From NCBI RefSeq assembly GCF_003334405.1, contig NZ_QOWM01000018.1: DNA of 64,000 nucleotides; one strand, written 5' to 3'. Below, piece by piece: positions 50,429 through 60,591 of this stretch (position 1 is the stretch's first letter; the number at the start of each line of letters is the position of its first letter). The notes beneath the pieces were generated by a model that searched no databases, was not told the DNA's origin, and saw nothing but the letters and a program-made list of their open reading frames with translations. Both the position numbers and the translations under genes were made by a program. The DNA is from Escherichia coli (GTDB taxonomy: Bacteria; Pseudomonadota; Gammaproteobacteria; Enterobacterales; Enterobacteriaceae).

Positions 50429-51256
50429 TCATTTCCGGATTTTTGCCAGGGCATCCGCCATGCTGCGGATTTCGGTCCGGGCTTCCCGGACCACCTCCCG
50501 CAGAACACCACGGTCAAACCAGCGGCGGGGCGGTTCATCGGGTATACGCAGCACATCGCAGGCCAGCCCACTGGACAGGATATGCTCAATACAATCGCTG
50601 ACCAGGTACATTTCCACCGACGAAAAACGTGCTCCCCGGTTCACTATGGCATCGAGCACCACGGGCAGGTTTTCGTCATCTTCATCGAGCCAGCAGGGGT
50701 GATCGCTTTCCTTCACGACCAGGCGAAAGCGGCGCGTCTGGCGGGTCAGCAACGTCTGACCGGTGGTGGTCAGCGCCGCACGGATACGCCGCGCATCTTC
50801 TGCCACCTGGTAACAGATGCTTCGTACCGCATCGTGCACCGCATCAAGAACAGCCCTGATTTCGTCTTCGGTCAGCCATTCTCCGGCATACGGGAAAGAC
50901 ACCTGCGTTCCGTCTGCCGGAAGTACCGGCAGCGATTGCCACTGACTGCCGGACAGTACCAGTTCCGCCCCGGTTCCGGTCAGTCTCTGAATGGCGGAGG
51001 CCAGGAGCGGCGGCAGCACGCCGCCGTGACGGTTGATAAGTAAGGTCGCCAGCCGGGGCGCATCCAGCAGAACATAAATGCTGATCCAGCCCGGATACTT
51101 CGGGTTACGCTGGTCAACATCCGTCTCTTCCGGCCAGCCCTGCGCCAGCAGCAGGTTGCGGGCGTGACGACAAATCAGTGCGTTCAGCGTGCTGTTTTCG
51201 TTCATGATTAAGCGTTCTCCCTGTATCGCCGCCCGCAGGGCAGGCGGCGATAACAT
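50429..51256 (-). CDS. hypothetical leading-region protein
   Basis: 275 aa; start overlaps upstream stop (TGATG); alternative ATG 51205 has GGGAGAA RBS. Confidence 0.55.
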   Translation of the reverse strand: MLSPPALRAAIQGERLIMNENSTLNALICRHARNLLLAQGWPEETDVDQRNPKYPGWISIYVLLDAPRLATLLINRHGGVLPPLLASAIQRLTGTGAELVLSGSQWQSLPVLPADGTQVSFPYAGEWLTEDEIRAVLDAVHDAVRSICYQVAEDARRIRAALTTTGQTLLTRQTRRFRLVVKESDHPCWLDEDDENLPVVLDAIVNRGARFSSVEMYLVSDCIEHILSSGLACDVLRIPDEPPRRWFDRGVLREVVREARTEIRSMADALAKIRK

Positions 51257-51705
51257 CAGTTGTTTTCGTGTGTGTTGTTTTTCAGCAGGCTGCGGGCCTG
51301 ATTAACCACCGCCTGACGACGGGTGACGCATTCCGGGACGGTGAGTCCGTTATCACGGGCGGCCCATTCACGCTTCCACAATGCCTGTTCAGCGGTCTGA
51401 ATCAGGGACGCCAGCAGTTCAACAGGGACGGACACCTGGCGGTTTTCGCTCACGTTGCTGATAATCTCCATCGCAGCGGCGGAAGAAATACCGGACTCAA
51501 TCCGCTGGTCTTCCGGGATGTCCTCCAGGCGCGCCAGGACAGTCCTGATTTCATGATCGGACAGGGAAATATCCATTCCGTCAGCGAGGGCCTGAATCTC
51601 TTCCGGGGACCAGACAACCAGCATCAGTGGCGTGTCTGCCGGATACTTTGCTGCCAGCTCCCGGCAGAGTATTTCGCATGTTCCGTACATACTCTCTCCC
51701 CTCAA
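51256..51705 (-). CDS. hypothetical leading-region protein (paralog of 49117-49539)
   Basis: 149 aa, ATGA overlap with upstream gene. Confidence 0.6.
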   Translation of the reverse strand: MRGESMYGTCEILCRELAAKYPADTPLMLVVWSPEEIQALADGMDISLSDHEIRTVLARLEDIPEDQRIESGISSAAAMEIISNVSENRQVSVPVELLASLIQTAEQALWKREWAARDNGLTVPECVTRRQAVVNQARSLLKNNTHENN

Positions 51706-51923
51706 TCTTTGAAGCAGGAATCCAGTTCCAGAATTTCGGTATATGCCTCCATCAGGAGGCGGTTTGCGCGAAACAACGTCTGACGCACCAGACGTTCCGG
51801 CAGGGTGTCAGCATTAAAGCTGTACCGCCGCTCCATCTCATTCATGGTTGTACGCAGGTCGCACATGGCATTGGCCACCTCCGCCACTTCGGCGCGAAGT
51901 TTTTCATGTCCGGCATAGTTCAT
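51702..51923 (-). CDS. hypothetical small protein
   Basis: 73 aa, adjacent to methyltransferase stop. Confidence 0.45.
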   Translation of the reverse strand: MNYAGHEKLRAEVAEVANAMCDLRTTMNEMERRYSFNADTLPERLVRQTLFRANRLLMEAYTEILELDSCFKD

Positions 51924-52607
51924 TTACGCAGCCTCCGGCATAAACCAGTCATCATTTGCGGCCCCCTGCTGCATGGCCCGCTGTACGGCAGCCAGACGTT
52001 GCTGTCCGGCACGGTGATACTGCTCAAGCAGCTCGATACCGATATACCGGCGTCCGGACTGAAGGGCGGCCACGCAGGTTGAGCCGCTGCCTGCAAACGG
52101 GTCCAGCACAATCGCGTTCGGATGTGTGAAGCTCTCAATCAGTGGTTGCAGGCTGGTAACAGGCTTTTCCGTCGGGTGATGACGATTGCCTGAATATTTC
52201 CAGCCCAGCACGTCGGGTAATGGCTTCTGAGGCAGCGCCGGACGGCCTTTTGCCAGAACGTAGGCGCATTCGTGGCGATAACCCACATATGCGGCCTTCG
52301 ATGTGTAGTTTTTGGTGAAGACCAGGTGCCCAACCACACTGAATCCCGCATTTTTCCAGGCGGCCATAAAGCGATCGACGCGGTTCCAGCCGTAGAAGCT
52401 GACCATCAGCGCATCTTTTTTGAGTACGCGATACATTTCATTACAGGCTGGTTGCAGCCATTCATCGGTTTTATCGCCGGCGATGGTACGCCCCTGTCGG
52501 TCACGAAAACCGACGAGGTATGGCGGGTCAGTCAGTATGAAATCAATGCCGTTATCAGGAATACGCGCCATAACATCAATGCAGTTACCGAGGACAAAAC
52601 GGGACAT
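51924..52607 (-). CDS. orphan DNA methyltransferase (N6-adenine/N4-cytosine class, beta-type motif order)
   Basis: motif IV DPPY followed by motif I LDPFAGSGST; AAGGAG RBS; no adjacent restriction gene. Confidence 0.8.
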   Translation of the reverse strand: MSRFVLGNCIDVMARIPDNGIDFILTDPPYLVGFRDRQGRTIAGDKTDEWLQPACNEMYRVLKKDALMVSFYGWNRVDRFMAAWKNAGFSVVGHLVFTKNYTSKAAYVGYRHECAYVLAKGRPALPQKPLPDVLGWKYSGNRHHPTEKPVTSLQPLIESFTHPNAIVLDPFAGSGSTCVAALQSGRRYIGIELLEQYHRAGQQRLAAVQRAMQQGAANDDWFMPEAA

Positions 52608-52991
52608 AACAACACTCCTTCTTTCTCAGAGGGCACCGGGAGGGCACCCCTGTGGTGCCCGTTCCCCGCTGCCTGTGGGCTGTTCACCGCGTCCGGTAAC
52701 GGGTCAGGCCGACCGTGGAATATCGCAGCCGTCGTCTTTTTGACGGCGAGAATATGCCGCGAAAGCGGCTTGAAGGGCGTTCATCAGAAAAGGGCGACAG
52801 GCTGGCGTACACTGTCACCGACGCCAGCCGGGAGCGGTAAAAGCGCCCGTCCCGTGCCCGCCGGACGCGGGACACTGACCACAGGCAGCGTTTATGCCGC
52901 GCCGCATCAGCCGGCGCAGTAAACAGAGGAGCACGGCGACATCCTTTGTCGGAAAAGAAACGGGCGGTTGCCCGCCCGTCTCCGTCATACT

Positions 52992-53918
52992 TCATCCACC
53001 GTAATGCGCCACCTTGTCGACTATCCACGCAGGTCCGGTGACTTCCGGCAGCTCATCGTCATCTGTCGGGGAAGACCATTCCAGTTCCCCCCAGAGCACA
53101 TCAACGAGCTCTCCGCGCTCATACAACTGCCAGCCACAGAAATTGCAGCCCTGTTCGGCGTACCAGTGCTCCAGCGTGCAGCCGAAACGGCGGCTTAATG
53201 CTGCAACAACGTCGCTTTCCGGCTGACACCACGGCGTGTCGAAATCCACCTGAATGCAGTTGTCTCCCTGACTACTGATATTCAGGTCATACCCACAAGG
53301 CCACTTCACGCCATACCGTTCTGTATACCAGTGATATGCAGAAGGAACACCGTTCAGAACACCACCATTAAAGCCATTCACTTCAACATCCAGGCGGGTC
53401 GGCAGAACCGTCAGCAGGTCAAACGGCATGGTTTTTTCCGGCACTACGTTGTCACACAGACGGTTCCACCACACCGATACATCCTCGCTACCCCAGATGT
53501 CACACCAGTCACCTCTTTTTGCGGTGAAATGCACAGTGATGGTTTCCCTGACATCATCCGGTAATCCTTCCCAGCGACGCTGTCCAGTACCGCTCTGCAG
53601 CCAGAGCTCATGCAGCATCAGGCAGTTTTGCTCATCCAGCAGTACACCGTTCTGCAGGTGTGTCAGCCAGCGGGTGAACGCGATATTTTCCGTCGATACA
53701 GCACCACGTCCGGCAGCCGTCACTCCGGGGCACTGTTCAGAGCGGATATTTTCAGTGATCTGCAGAAGTCCGGCACTTCCGGCCAGAAACAGCTGAATAC
53801 CTTCATTTGTGGCGCGGCGATAAAGCGGTGTAACTGCACCGCTGGCCAGTCGTTTAATCTCAGCGATCTGTGCCGGTTCACCAGAAAAATACATACGATT
53901 CGAGCACCAGTTTGGCAT
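52992..53918 (-). CDS. hypothetical Cys/Trp-rich leading-region protein
   Basis: 308 aa from ATG 53918 (MPNWCSNRMYFSG), AGGAGA RBS. Confidence 0.55.
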   Translation of the reverse strand: MPNWCSNRMYFSGEPAQIAEIKRLASGAVTPLYRRATNEGIQLFLAGSAGLLQITENIRSEQCPGVTAAGRGAVSTENIAFTRWLTHLQNGVLLDEQNCLMLHELWLQSGTGQRRWEGLPDDVRETITVHFTAKRGDWCDIWGSEDVSVWWNRLCDNVVPEKTMPFDLLTVLPTRLDVEVNGFNGGVLNGVPSAYHWYTERYGVKWPCGYDLNISSQGDNCIQVDFDTPWCQPESDVVAALSRRFGCTLEHWYAEQGCNFCGWQLYERGELVDVLWGELEWSSPTDDDELPEVTGPAWIVDKVAHYGG

Positions 53919-54242
53919 GGGAATTCTCCTCTCACATGCGGCCTCCATCAGGCCGTGCCGCACCTGTTACCGGGCGACCGCATACGAATGCAGGTGCGGC
54001 CCCGAAGCCGCAGCGCGTGGAGGAGGAACGACGAAACGTGACCGGGTGAGGAGGCCGGCGACAGCGACACACTTGCATCGGATGCAGCCCGGTTAACGTG
54101 CCGGCACGGCCTGGGTAACCAGGTATTTTGTCCACAGAACCGTGCACAAAATGCTGTGGATAAGCTGGACACAGCAGCCCACAGCAGGCATACAGCCACA
54201 CACTCAGAGAATTGAGCGTTTTTTAGTCACAACAATGACATT

Positions 54243-54290
54243 TGACTGTGTGCGGATTCAGTTATTAGAATACTGTATATACATACAGCA
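54243..54290 (+). promoter_or_regulatory. imp promoter (-35 TTGACT, -10 TAGAAT) with LexA/SOS box TACTGTATATACATACAGCA at 54271-54290
   Basis: CTGT-N8-ACAG palindrome 22 bp upstream of impC start. Confidence 0.75.
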
Positions 54291-54311
54291 AAAGAAAAGG
54301 GAGATGAGAAC

Positions 54312-54560
54312 ATGATCCGCATTGAAATTCTTTTCGACCGCCAGAGCACAAAAAACCTCAAATCAGGCACACTTCAGGCGCTACAGAATGAAATCGAACA
54401 ACGTCTGAAACCACACTACCCGGAAATCTGGCTGCGTATAGACCAGGGCAGCGCCCCGTCTGTATCTGTCACAGGAGCCCGCAACGACAAGGATAAAGAA
54501 CGTATCCTGTCTCTGCTGGAAGAAATCTGGCAGGACGACAGCTGGCTGCCTGCAGCATGA
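54312..54560 (+). CDS. impC: DinI-family SOS regulator ImpC
   Basis: 82 aa, MIRIEILFDRQ ... DDSWLP, DinI-like pattern. Confidence 0.75.
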   Translation: MIRIEILFDRQSTKNLKSGTLQALQNEIEQRLKPHYPEIWLRIDQGSAPSVSVTGARNDKDKERILSLLEEIWQDDSWLPAA

Positions 54561-54994
54561 GTACCGTTTATCACCGTCCGGCTGACCCTTCAGGCGATGA
54601 CAGTTACGTGCGACCGTTGTTTGCCGATCGTTGCCAGGCCGGTTTTCCTTCGCCTGCCACTGATTATGCTGAGCAGGAACTGGATCTGAACAGCTATTGC
54701 ATCAGCAGACCTGCAGCCACCTTCTTTCTGCGCGCCAGCGGTGAATCGATGAACCAGGCTGGCGTGCAGAATGGTGATCTGCTGGTAGTGGACAGGGCCG
54801 AAAAACCACAACACGGGGACATCGTTATCGCTGAGATCGACGGTGAGTTCACCGTCAAACGACTGCTGTTGCGCCCACGCCCGGCACTGGAGCCGGTTTC
54901 AGACAGCCCGGAGTTCCGCACACTGTATCCGGAAAACATCTGTATTTTTGGTGTTGTCACTCACGTGATACACAGGACGCGGGAGTTACGCTGA
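54557..54994 (+). CDS. impA: UmuD-like translesion synthesis subunit ImpA
   Basis: 145 aa, LexA/UmuD-type S24 peptidase motifs (ASGESM, GDLLVVDRA). Confidence 0.8.
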   Translation: MSTVYHRPADPSGDDSYVRPLFADRCQAGFPSPATDYAEQELDLNSYCISRPAATFFLRASGESMNQAGVQNGDLLVVDRAEKPQHGDIVIAEIDGEFTVKRLLLRPRPALEPVSDSPEFRTLYPENICIFGVVTHVIHRTRELR

Positions 54995-56268
54995 TGTTTG
55001 CACTGGCTGATATCAACAGTTTCTACGCCTCATGTGAAAAAGTTTTCCGCCCGGACCTTCGCAACGAACCGGTCATCGTACTCAGCAATAACGATGGCTG
55101 TGTGATCGCGCGCAGCCCGGAGGCAAAAGCCCTTGGCATCAGAATGGGGCAGCCCTGGTTTCAGGTGAGACAAATGCGCCTGGAGAAGAAAATACATGTA
55201 TTTTCCAGCAATTATGCGCTGTACCACAGCATGAGCCAACGGGTTATGGCTGTTCTGGAGTCGCTTTCTCCCGCAGTTGAGCCCTACTCAATTGATGAAA
55301 TGTTCATTGATTTGCGGGGGATAAATCATTGCATCTCTCCGGAGTTTTTTGGTCATCAGCTCAGGGAACAGGTAAAGAGCTGGACAGGACTCACCATGGG
55401 GGTGGGCATTGCGCCTACAAAAACGCTGGCTAAAAGTGCACAGTGGGCAACAAAGCAATGGCCACAGTTTTCCGGAGTGGTCGCGCTGACGGCAGAAAAC
55501 CGTAATCGGATCTTGAAGCTACTGGGGCTGCAGCCAGTTGGTGAGGTCTGGGGAGTAGGACGCAGACTGACGGAAAAGCTGAATGCGCTGGGTATTAACA
55601 CAGCACTGCAGCTGGCGCAGGCTAACACGGCATTCATCCGGAAAAACTTCAGCGTCATTCTTGAGCGTACGGTACGCGAACTCAACGGCGAGTCCTGCAT
55701 ATCCCTGGAAGAAGCACCACCGGCAAAACAGCAGATTGTCTGTAGTCGCAGTTTTGGTGAACGAATCACAGACAAAGATGCCATGCACCAGGCTGTTGTT
55801 CAGTATGCAGAGCGGGCCGCAGAGAAACTACGTGGGGAGCGTCAGTATTGCCGGCAGGTGACGACATTTGTACGGACATCACCCTTTGCAGTAAAAGAAC
55901 CCTGTTACAGCAATGCCGCTGTGGAAAAGCTTCCATTGCCCACACAGGACAGCCGGGACATTATTGCCGCCGCATGCAGAGCCTTAAACCATGTCTGGCG
56001 TGAAGGGTACCGCTATATGAAGGCAGGTGTCATGCTGGCTGATTTCACACCATCGGGTATAGCGCAGCCGGGATTATTTGATGAAATCCAGCCCCGTAAA
56101 AACAGTGAAAAGTTAATGAAAACACTCGATGAACTGAACCAGTCGGGAAAAGGGAAAGTGTGGTTTGCGGGGCGAGGAACCGCCCCTGAATGGCAAATGA
56201 AACGGGAAATGTTGAGTCAGTGTTATACAACTAAATGGCGAGATATTCCCCTGGCCAGGCTGGGTTAG
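54994..56268 (+). CDS. impB: UmuC-like Y-family DNA polymerase ImpB
   Basis: 424 aa, MFALADINSFYASCE N-terminus typical of UmuC/DinB. Confidence 0.85.
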   Translation: MFALADINSFYASCEKVFRPDLRNEPVIVLSNNDGCVIARSPEAKALGIRMGQPWFQVRQMRLEKKIHVFSSNYALYHSMSQRVMAVLESLSPAVEPYSIDEMFIDLRGINHCISPEFFGHQLREQVKSWTGLTMGVGIAPTKTLAKSAQWATKQWPQFSGVVALTAENRNRILKLLGLQPVGEVWGVGRRLTEKLNALGINTALQLAQANTAFIRKNFSVILERTVRELNGESCISLEEAPPAKQQIVCSRSFGERITDKDAMHQAVVQYAERAAEKLRGERQYCRQVTTFVRTSPFAVKEPCYSNAAVEKLPLPTQDSRDIIAAACRALNHVWREGYRYMKAGVMLADFTPSGIAQPGLFDEIQPRKNSEKLMKTLDELNQSGKGKVWFAGRGTAPEWQMKREMLSQCYTTKWRDIPLARLG

Positions 56269-56269
56269 T

Positions 56270-56686
56270 TCAGTCATCTCCGAACATATTTTCAGCGTTT
56301 CTTCTGGTCTGGTCTTCACCGTCATTTCTCGACAGACTCTGCTCTGTAAGAGGAGTACTGCAATCCACAGACGTATGGAGACCAGATTGTTTTTCCAGTA
56401 ATTCAAGCAATTTCTTTTCAACCGAAAAAGCACCTGGTATTACGCTGGAAATCACCTTATTAATATCATCCAGAGTCGTATTTTCTGTCAGTAACTCCGA
56501 TATCAGCAAAGGAAGACGTTTATCTATAGCTGCAAACGCCGCACCAGTAACTAACATCGCGCGCATGAAACGTCCCCGCTCCTTCAGTTTTTCATTTGCA
56601 ATGAGCTCATCTGCTATCTTATCTCCTGTCCGTTCATCCGGGAAAAGTTCAAATGAGCAGCGTCTGGATTTATTTTCATCACTCAT
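56270..56686 (-). CDS. partition adaptor (ParR/StbB-like) downstream of actin-like ATPase
   Basis: 138 aa, operon partner of ParM-like gene. Confidence 0.5.
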   Translation of the reverse strand: MSDENKSRRCSFELFPDERTGDKIADELIANEKLKERGRFMRAMLVTGAAFAAIDKRLPLLISELLTENTTLDDINKVISSVIPGAFSVEKKLLELLEKQSGLHTSVDCSTPLTEQSLSRNDGEDQTRRNAENMFGDD

Positions 56687-57659
56687 TAGTCACACCACCT
56701 TTCATTTTTATCATTCCCATGACTAAATCAAACTGCGGGGATGAGCTCAGATAAAAGCGCTCATCAGGAACCTTAGTCAGGTTCTTCACAGCCTCGGCCA
56801 CAATTTCAGCCCCACCACCAACACACATTACATGTGTATAGTCGGTGAAACGGCTGATGACATCATTAACTCGTTTAATAAGCAACTTCTGCCGTTCATT
56901 GATAACATTAATGATAGACTCACGCTGTTCAGCATTATAAATGCGACGGGAAAGGTAGTCAGGTTCATTACGGTGCACAATGATATTGTCAGCCTGGAAT
57001 GAGCTCACTCTTGTATTAGCATGTACAGCCATCTGTTCCTTAACCCCGGATGTAATCAGGGACACGCCGATATTCGGATCACACCAGGTTTTTGTAATCC
57101 CTGTCATTTTGCTACGAACATGCGACACATCAAGAGTTGTACCACCGAGATCTACGATCAAAAGGGATTCATCATCCTCAAGCCCCGCAAGAACACTGAA
57201 ACCAGCGGGAATACTTTCAGGAAGAACGGAAACACTGCGAATAACAAATGCATCACTCCCCTGCACCCGTACTTCACGCATCACATTTTTTTTCTTTCTT
57301 TCAATGTTTTGCTTATTTTTCTGATTGTTGGCGTCAAGGTATTCAGAGATCGGCAATGTGACGATGACATCAACAGGCTGCGCTTTCAGGCCGGTCTGCT
57401 GTAGCGCATGCTGAATGGCCACAACATTCACATCACTGTACTGATAGCGTGTTTCAGTCGTTACGACAGCATCAGCACTTAATGGATCAAATGAAAACTT
57501 CTCGCCGTCGATCTCGTAATTAGCCGGAGCAGCATCATCCAGTAAACTAAAAGACCATTCCGGTTTAAAGCTGTTAGGGCTGATTAACGTTTTCACGTCA
57601 CCATCCTCCAACCAGGCAAGTTTAATGTTGGTAGAACCATCATCAATAAAGATTTTCAT
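56679..57659 (-). CDS. actin-like partition ATPase (ParM/StbA family)
   Basis: 326 aa from ATG 57659 (MKIFIDDGSTNIKLAW), actin-fold phosphate motifs IDLGGTTLD. Confidence 0.75.
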   Translation of the reverse strand: MKIFIDDGSTNIKLAWLEDGDVKTLISPNSFKPEWSFSLLDDAAPANYEIDGEKFSFDPLSADAVVTTETRYQYSDVNVVAIQHALQQTGLKAQPVDVIVTLPISEYLDANNQKNKQNIERKKKNVMREVRVQGSDAFVIRSVSVLPESIPAGFSVLAGLEDDESLLIVDLGGTTLDVSHVRSKMTGITKTWCDPNIGVSLITSGVKEQMAVHANTRVSSFQADNIIVHRNEPDYLSRRIYNAEQRESIINVINERQKLLIKRVNDVISRFTDYTHVMCVGGGAEIVAEAVKNLTKVPDERFYLSSSPQFDLVMGMIKMKGGVTNE

Positions 57660-57754
57660 AACCAGTCTCCGTTGCTCATAAACAAATAGAAAAAACAAAC
57701 ATACTTCATACATGCAATGTATATTCAATTATAATGAAAAAACGGTCTTTCTGA

Positions 57755-57895
57755 AAGGACAAATGCAACATAAAAACACGATAAATTGCATGTACATTGT
57801 ACACACAACTTTAAGACCAGAGGAAATCATAGATACAAAAACATTATGAAGGTTATATGTGATACATAAATGCAATATAAAAACATCGTGAACAT
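57755..57895. promoter_or_regulatory. candidate centromere/operator upstream of parM-like gene (direct repeats AAATGCAAYATAAAAACA)
   Basis: repeats at 57761-57780 and 57868-57888 plus inverted TTGCAT copy at 57786-57791. Confidence 0.45.
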
Positions 57896-58072
57896 CATGG
57901 TTCAGGTTAAGGGAAAAGGAATGAAATGGTGAAACTGAGAGGAAAGGAAAGCGGTGACGAATCATGTCACCATAAACAGAAAGATGTCTAATGGGGACTC
58001 TTTAGGTACGTGAAGAATCCCCATAACGCATTTAAAAGACACACATCAGATACCCTTAAGGTATCCGATAGT

Positions 58073-58381
58073 TTATTGACCTATTGCACCATCACGTTCA
58101 AGCTTCTCTCTTATAGCCTCAATAATATATGAGCTAAAATCCAGAGATGTTTTACTGGTCGCTTTAAGTTCCGCATGAGCTTCAAAATACGACAGCGGTA
58201 TGGCCTTAAGATTCTTAGCCTTCGTCCTGGCAGCCACGGGACGACCTGAAACTTCCTCTGCACCTTCATTTGGCTGAGACGGGGCTGTTGCTGTTACGGC
58301 AGAAGAAGAAGTTTGTAATCTGGCAGAATCCACCAGGTTTTTCAGTTTTTCAGCCTGTGCACTAAATTTCGCTTTGCTCAT
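58073..58381 (-). CDS. small partition/centromere-binding protein (ParG-like)
   Basis: 102 aa, downstream partner of ParA-type ATPase. Confidence 0.5.
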   Translation of the reverse strand: MSKAKFSAQAEKLKNLVDSARLQTSSSAVTATAPSQPNEGAEEVSGRPVAARTKAKNLKAIPLSYFEAHAELKATSKTSLDFSSYIIEAIREKLERDGAIGQ

Positions 58382-58467
58382 GAGATAACCCAGGATGTTT
58401 GTTAGATACTTAAAAGATATCCATTAAAAGCCCAAAGGATACTATATGGATACCCAATAGACACACC

Positions 58468-59112
58468 TTACTGTTTGTTATTTTCAATCAGATGATTGAT
58501 TTCTTCGATCAGGGCAATAACTTCCTTACCTCCTGCCGAATAGCGCCCATGAACAGACTCAGTGATTCCCATCCCAGTCTCAATGACATCCTCAAATTCT
58601 GCACGAGCAGAAATGCGGCTCTTCATCAGCTTCAGATGTTTGAACGATGGCAGGATTGCATCAAGCTTAGGGAATTTCTTCTTGTTAGGATTAACTTTAC
58701 AGAGATACAGGTGAGCAGTTATATCGGTCCCCATGATAGAGCTGATTTCGTCCAGTACTCCATCAAAATGCATCAAACCAATACGTTCAGTCAGGGAGTC
58801 TTTTGAAGGAACAATAACGCAGTCTGCAAAGGCAATCGCAGTACGGGTAAGATCTGAGTCAAATCCCCCACAGTCAATAAGTAACGTCTTATCGCTGTTC
58901 TTGTAGGGAGTCATAATTTCGATTAACTCATCCACTGTTTTGGGTACTTTCACGGAAATTTCTTTTCCTTCAGGTCTCAGCCCCAGAATGATAGAAAGCC
59001 CGGTATGAGTATCCAGATCAACTGTATCAGACTTCATTTCACCAACAATGTTTACGGATGAAGTTGTCTTACCCACACCACCTTTGGGATGCGTATTAGC
59101 AATAACAGGCAT
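58468..59112 (-). CDS. parA: ParA/ParF-type partition ATPase
   Basis: 215 aa from ATG 59112; deviant Walker A KGGVGKTT. Confidence 0.75.
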   Translation of the reverse strand: MPVIANTHPKGGVGKTTSSVNIVGEMKSDTVDLDTHTGLSIILGLRPEGKEISVKVPKTVDELIEIMTPYKNSDKTLLIDCGGFDSDLTRTAIAFADCVIVPSKDSLTERIGLMHFDGVLDEISSIMGTDITAHLYLCKVNPNKKKFPKLDAILPSFKHLKLMKSRISARAEFEDVIETGMGITESVHGRYSAGGKEVIALIEEINHLIENNKQ

Positions 59113-59291
59113 AGTGTATCTCCAGAATCCACATGTAATACCCATAAAGACCCCATAAGACACCTTTCGGATATCCAAGAGGTACTCAATAGATGTTTTT
59201 TTACTCTATACCGGTCCTGCATGTCAACAGAATATGAAATACCGATAATATATCCATGAGATATCCGAAAGGGATTTAAAAAAGTCAGAGC

Positions 59292-60071
59292 TTATGGAAT
59301 TCTTTTGAGCATAGACACCGCATCGGACTCAGGCATCGAAAACTGCACCCGGTGCCGTGCAGCCACATCCAGTGCAAACACCTTCGTGTAGACCTCCGTT
59401 GAGCTGATGGACTTATGCCCCATCAGGCTCTGCAGGACCTTCAGCGGTATACCGGCATACAGCATGTGCATCGCATAGGAATGGCGAAACGTATGTGGCG
59501 TGACCGGAACAGAGAATGTCACACCATCAGCGGCAGCGGCGGCAACCGCTTCCCCAATCCAGGTCCTGACCGTTCTGTCCGTCACTTCCCAGATCCGCGC
59601 TTTCTCTGTCCTGCCTGTTCGTTTATTACGCCGTTCCATGGGGATTTTCAGTGTGGCCACCATCGTCTGCAGCTGGCTGACGTACCAGGCGTCGGAGAGC
59701 GGAACCAGCCGGTGAGTCTGCTGACCGGCGGGCATCCTTCCTGCCGTCCTGGCGGCTTTTTCGGTCCGCTGCTTCAGAGTGGCCAGCTGCACAAACGGAT
59801 ACGGAGGCGTGAGCGAAAAATCCCCCCGCGTCAGCGCCAGTGCTTCATTAATGCGTGCACCGGTGTTCCACAGTGTGGCCAGCAGCATCTTGCGGCGCAG
59901 ATCCGGGACGTAATGGAGCAGGGCGCTCACTTCAGGGGCCAGCAGGTATTTTGGCAGTTCATCATGAACCATCGACATCTGGCGGAGTGCCAGCGCTGCC
60001 GGATAATCGATGGCAACAGGAAGCTGAGCGGCATCCCGGGCATGGTGTATCGGTGCCGGCAGGTGCTGCAT
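59292..60071 (-). CDS. tyrosine site-specific recombinase (multimer resolvase, XerD/ResD-like)
   Basis: 259 aa from ATG 60071; R..HxxR..Y motifs (HTFRHSYAMH, STEVYT). Confidence 0.75.
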   Translation of the reverse strand: MQHLPAPIHHARDAAQLPVAIDYPAALALRQMSMVHDELPKYLLAPEVSALLHYVPDLRRKMLLATLWNTGARINEALALTRGDFSLTPPYPFVQLATLKQRTEKAARTAGRMPAGQQTHRLVPLSDAWYVSQLQTMVATLKIPMERRNKRTGRTEKARIWEVTDRTVRTWIGEAVAAAAADGVTFSVPVTPHTFRHSYAMHMLYAGIPLKVLQSLMGHKSISSTEVYTKVFALDVAARHRVQFSMPESDAVSMLKRIP

Positions 60072-60072
60072 A

Positions 60073-60486
60073 TCAGTGTTCACTCCACGGGGAAACGTCG
60101 GGCAGGTTTTCCACAACACGGTACTTTCCCGGATAACGGAGCTGGTTACCGCCACGCGTCCAGACGGTGACAACAAAACCCCCTCCCTGGTTGTTTTCGG
60201 GGAGCAGGCGATCGCACTGCTCACTCAGCATGTGGATCACGAACGGCGCATCGCTGCCGTCTTCAAATACCAGTTCCAGCGCATCGCGGCCGTGCAGCGT
60301 TCCCTTACTGATGATGACGTACTCAGCTCCCCGCATCTCCCTGAGTAAATGTTTTGCCGCATCCGGGACAAGCAGCCTGGCTGCGCCGGCATTCCAGCTG
60401 AGGTAGACATATCCGGCCTGCGCCTGTACAGACTGCCAGTAATCCGTTCTGGCGACAGCCTGACCTTCATTCTCAATAAAAAACAT
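60073..60486 (-). CDS. hypothetical protein co-transcribed with recombinase
   Basis: 137 aa from ATG 60486 with AAGGAG RBS; stop abuts recombinase start. Confidence 0.5.
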   Translation of the reverse strand: MFFIENEGQAVARTDYWQSVQAQAGYVYLSWNAGAARLLVPDAAKHLLREMRGAEYVIISKGTLHGRDALELVFEDGSDAPFVIHMLSEQCDRLLPENNQGGGFVVTVWTRGGNQLRYPGKYRVVENLPDVSPWSEH

Positions 60487-60569
60487 GGGTGACTCCTTTT
60501 TTCTTTTCCGGGCAGGGACGGTCATGCGATAACGTCATCCATCATCACTGCCCTTACCGTCACGCCGTC

Positions 60570-60591
60570 TGATAACATCATGCCGTTATCA
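60570..60591. promoter_or_regulatory. candidate recombinase core site (TGATAAC-N8-GTTATCA)
   Basis: perfect 7-bp inverted repeat with 8-bp spacer ~45 bp upstream of the recombinase operon. Confidence 0.35.

Noticed and set aside
52272-52922. 216-aa plus-strand ORF overlapping the methyltransferase start
   Set aside because: Antisense to a well-supported gene and running through a GC-rich structured spacer; no RBS
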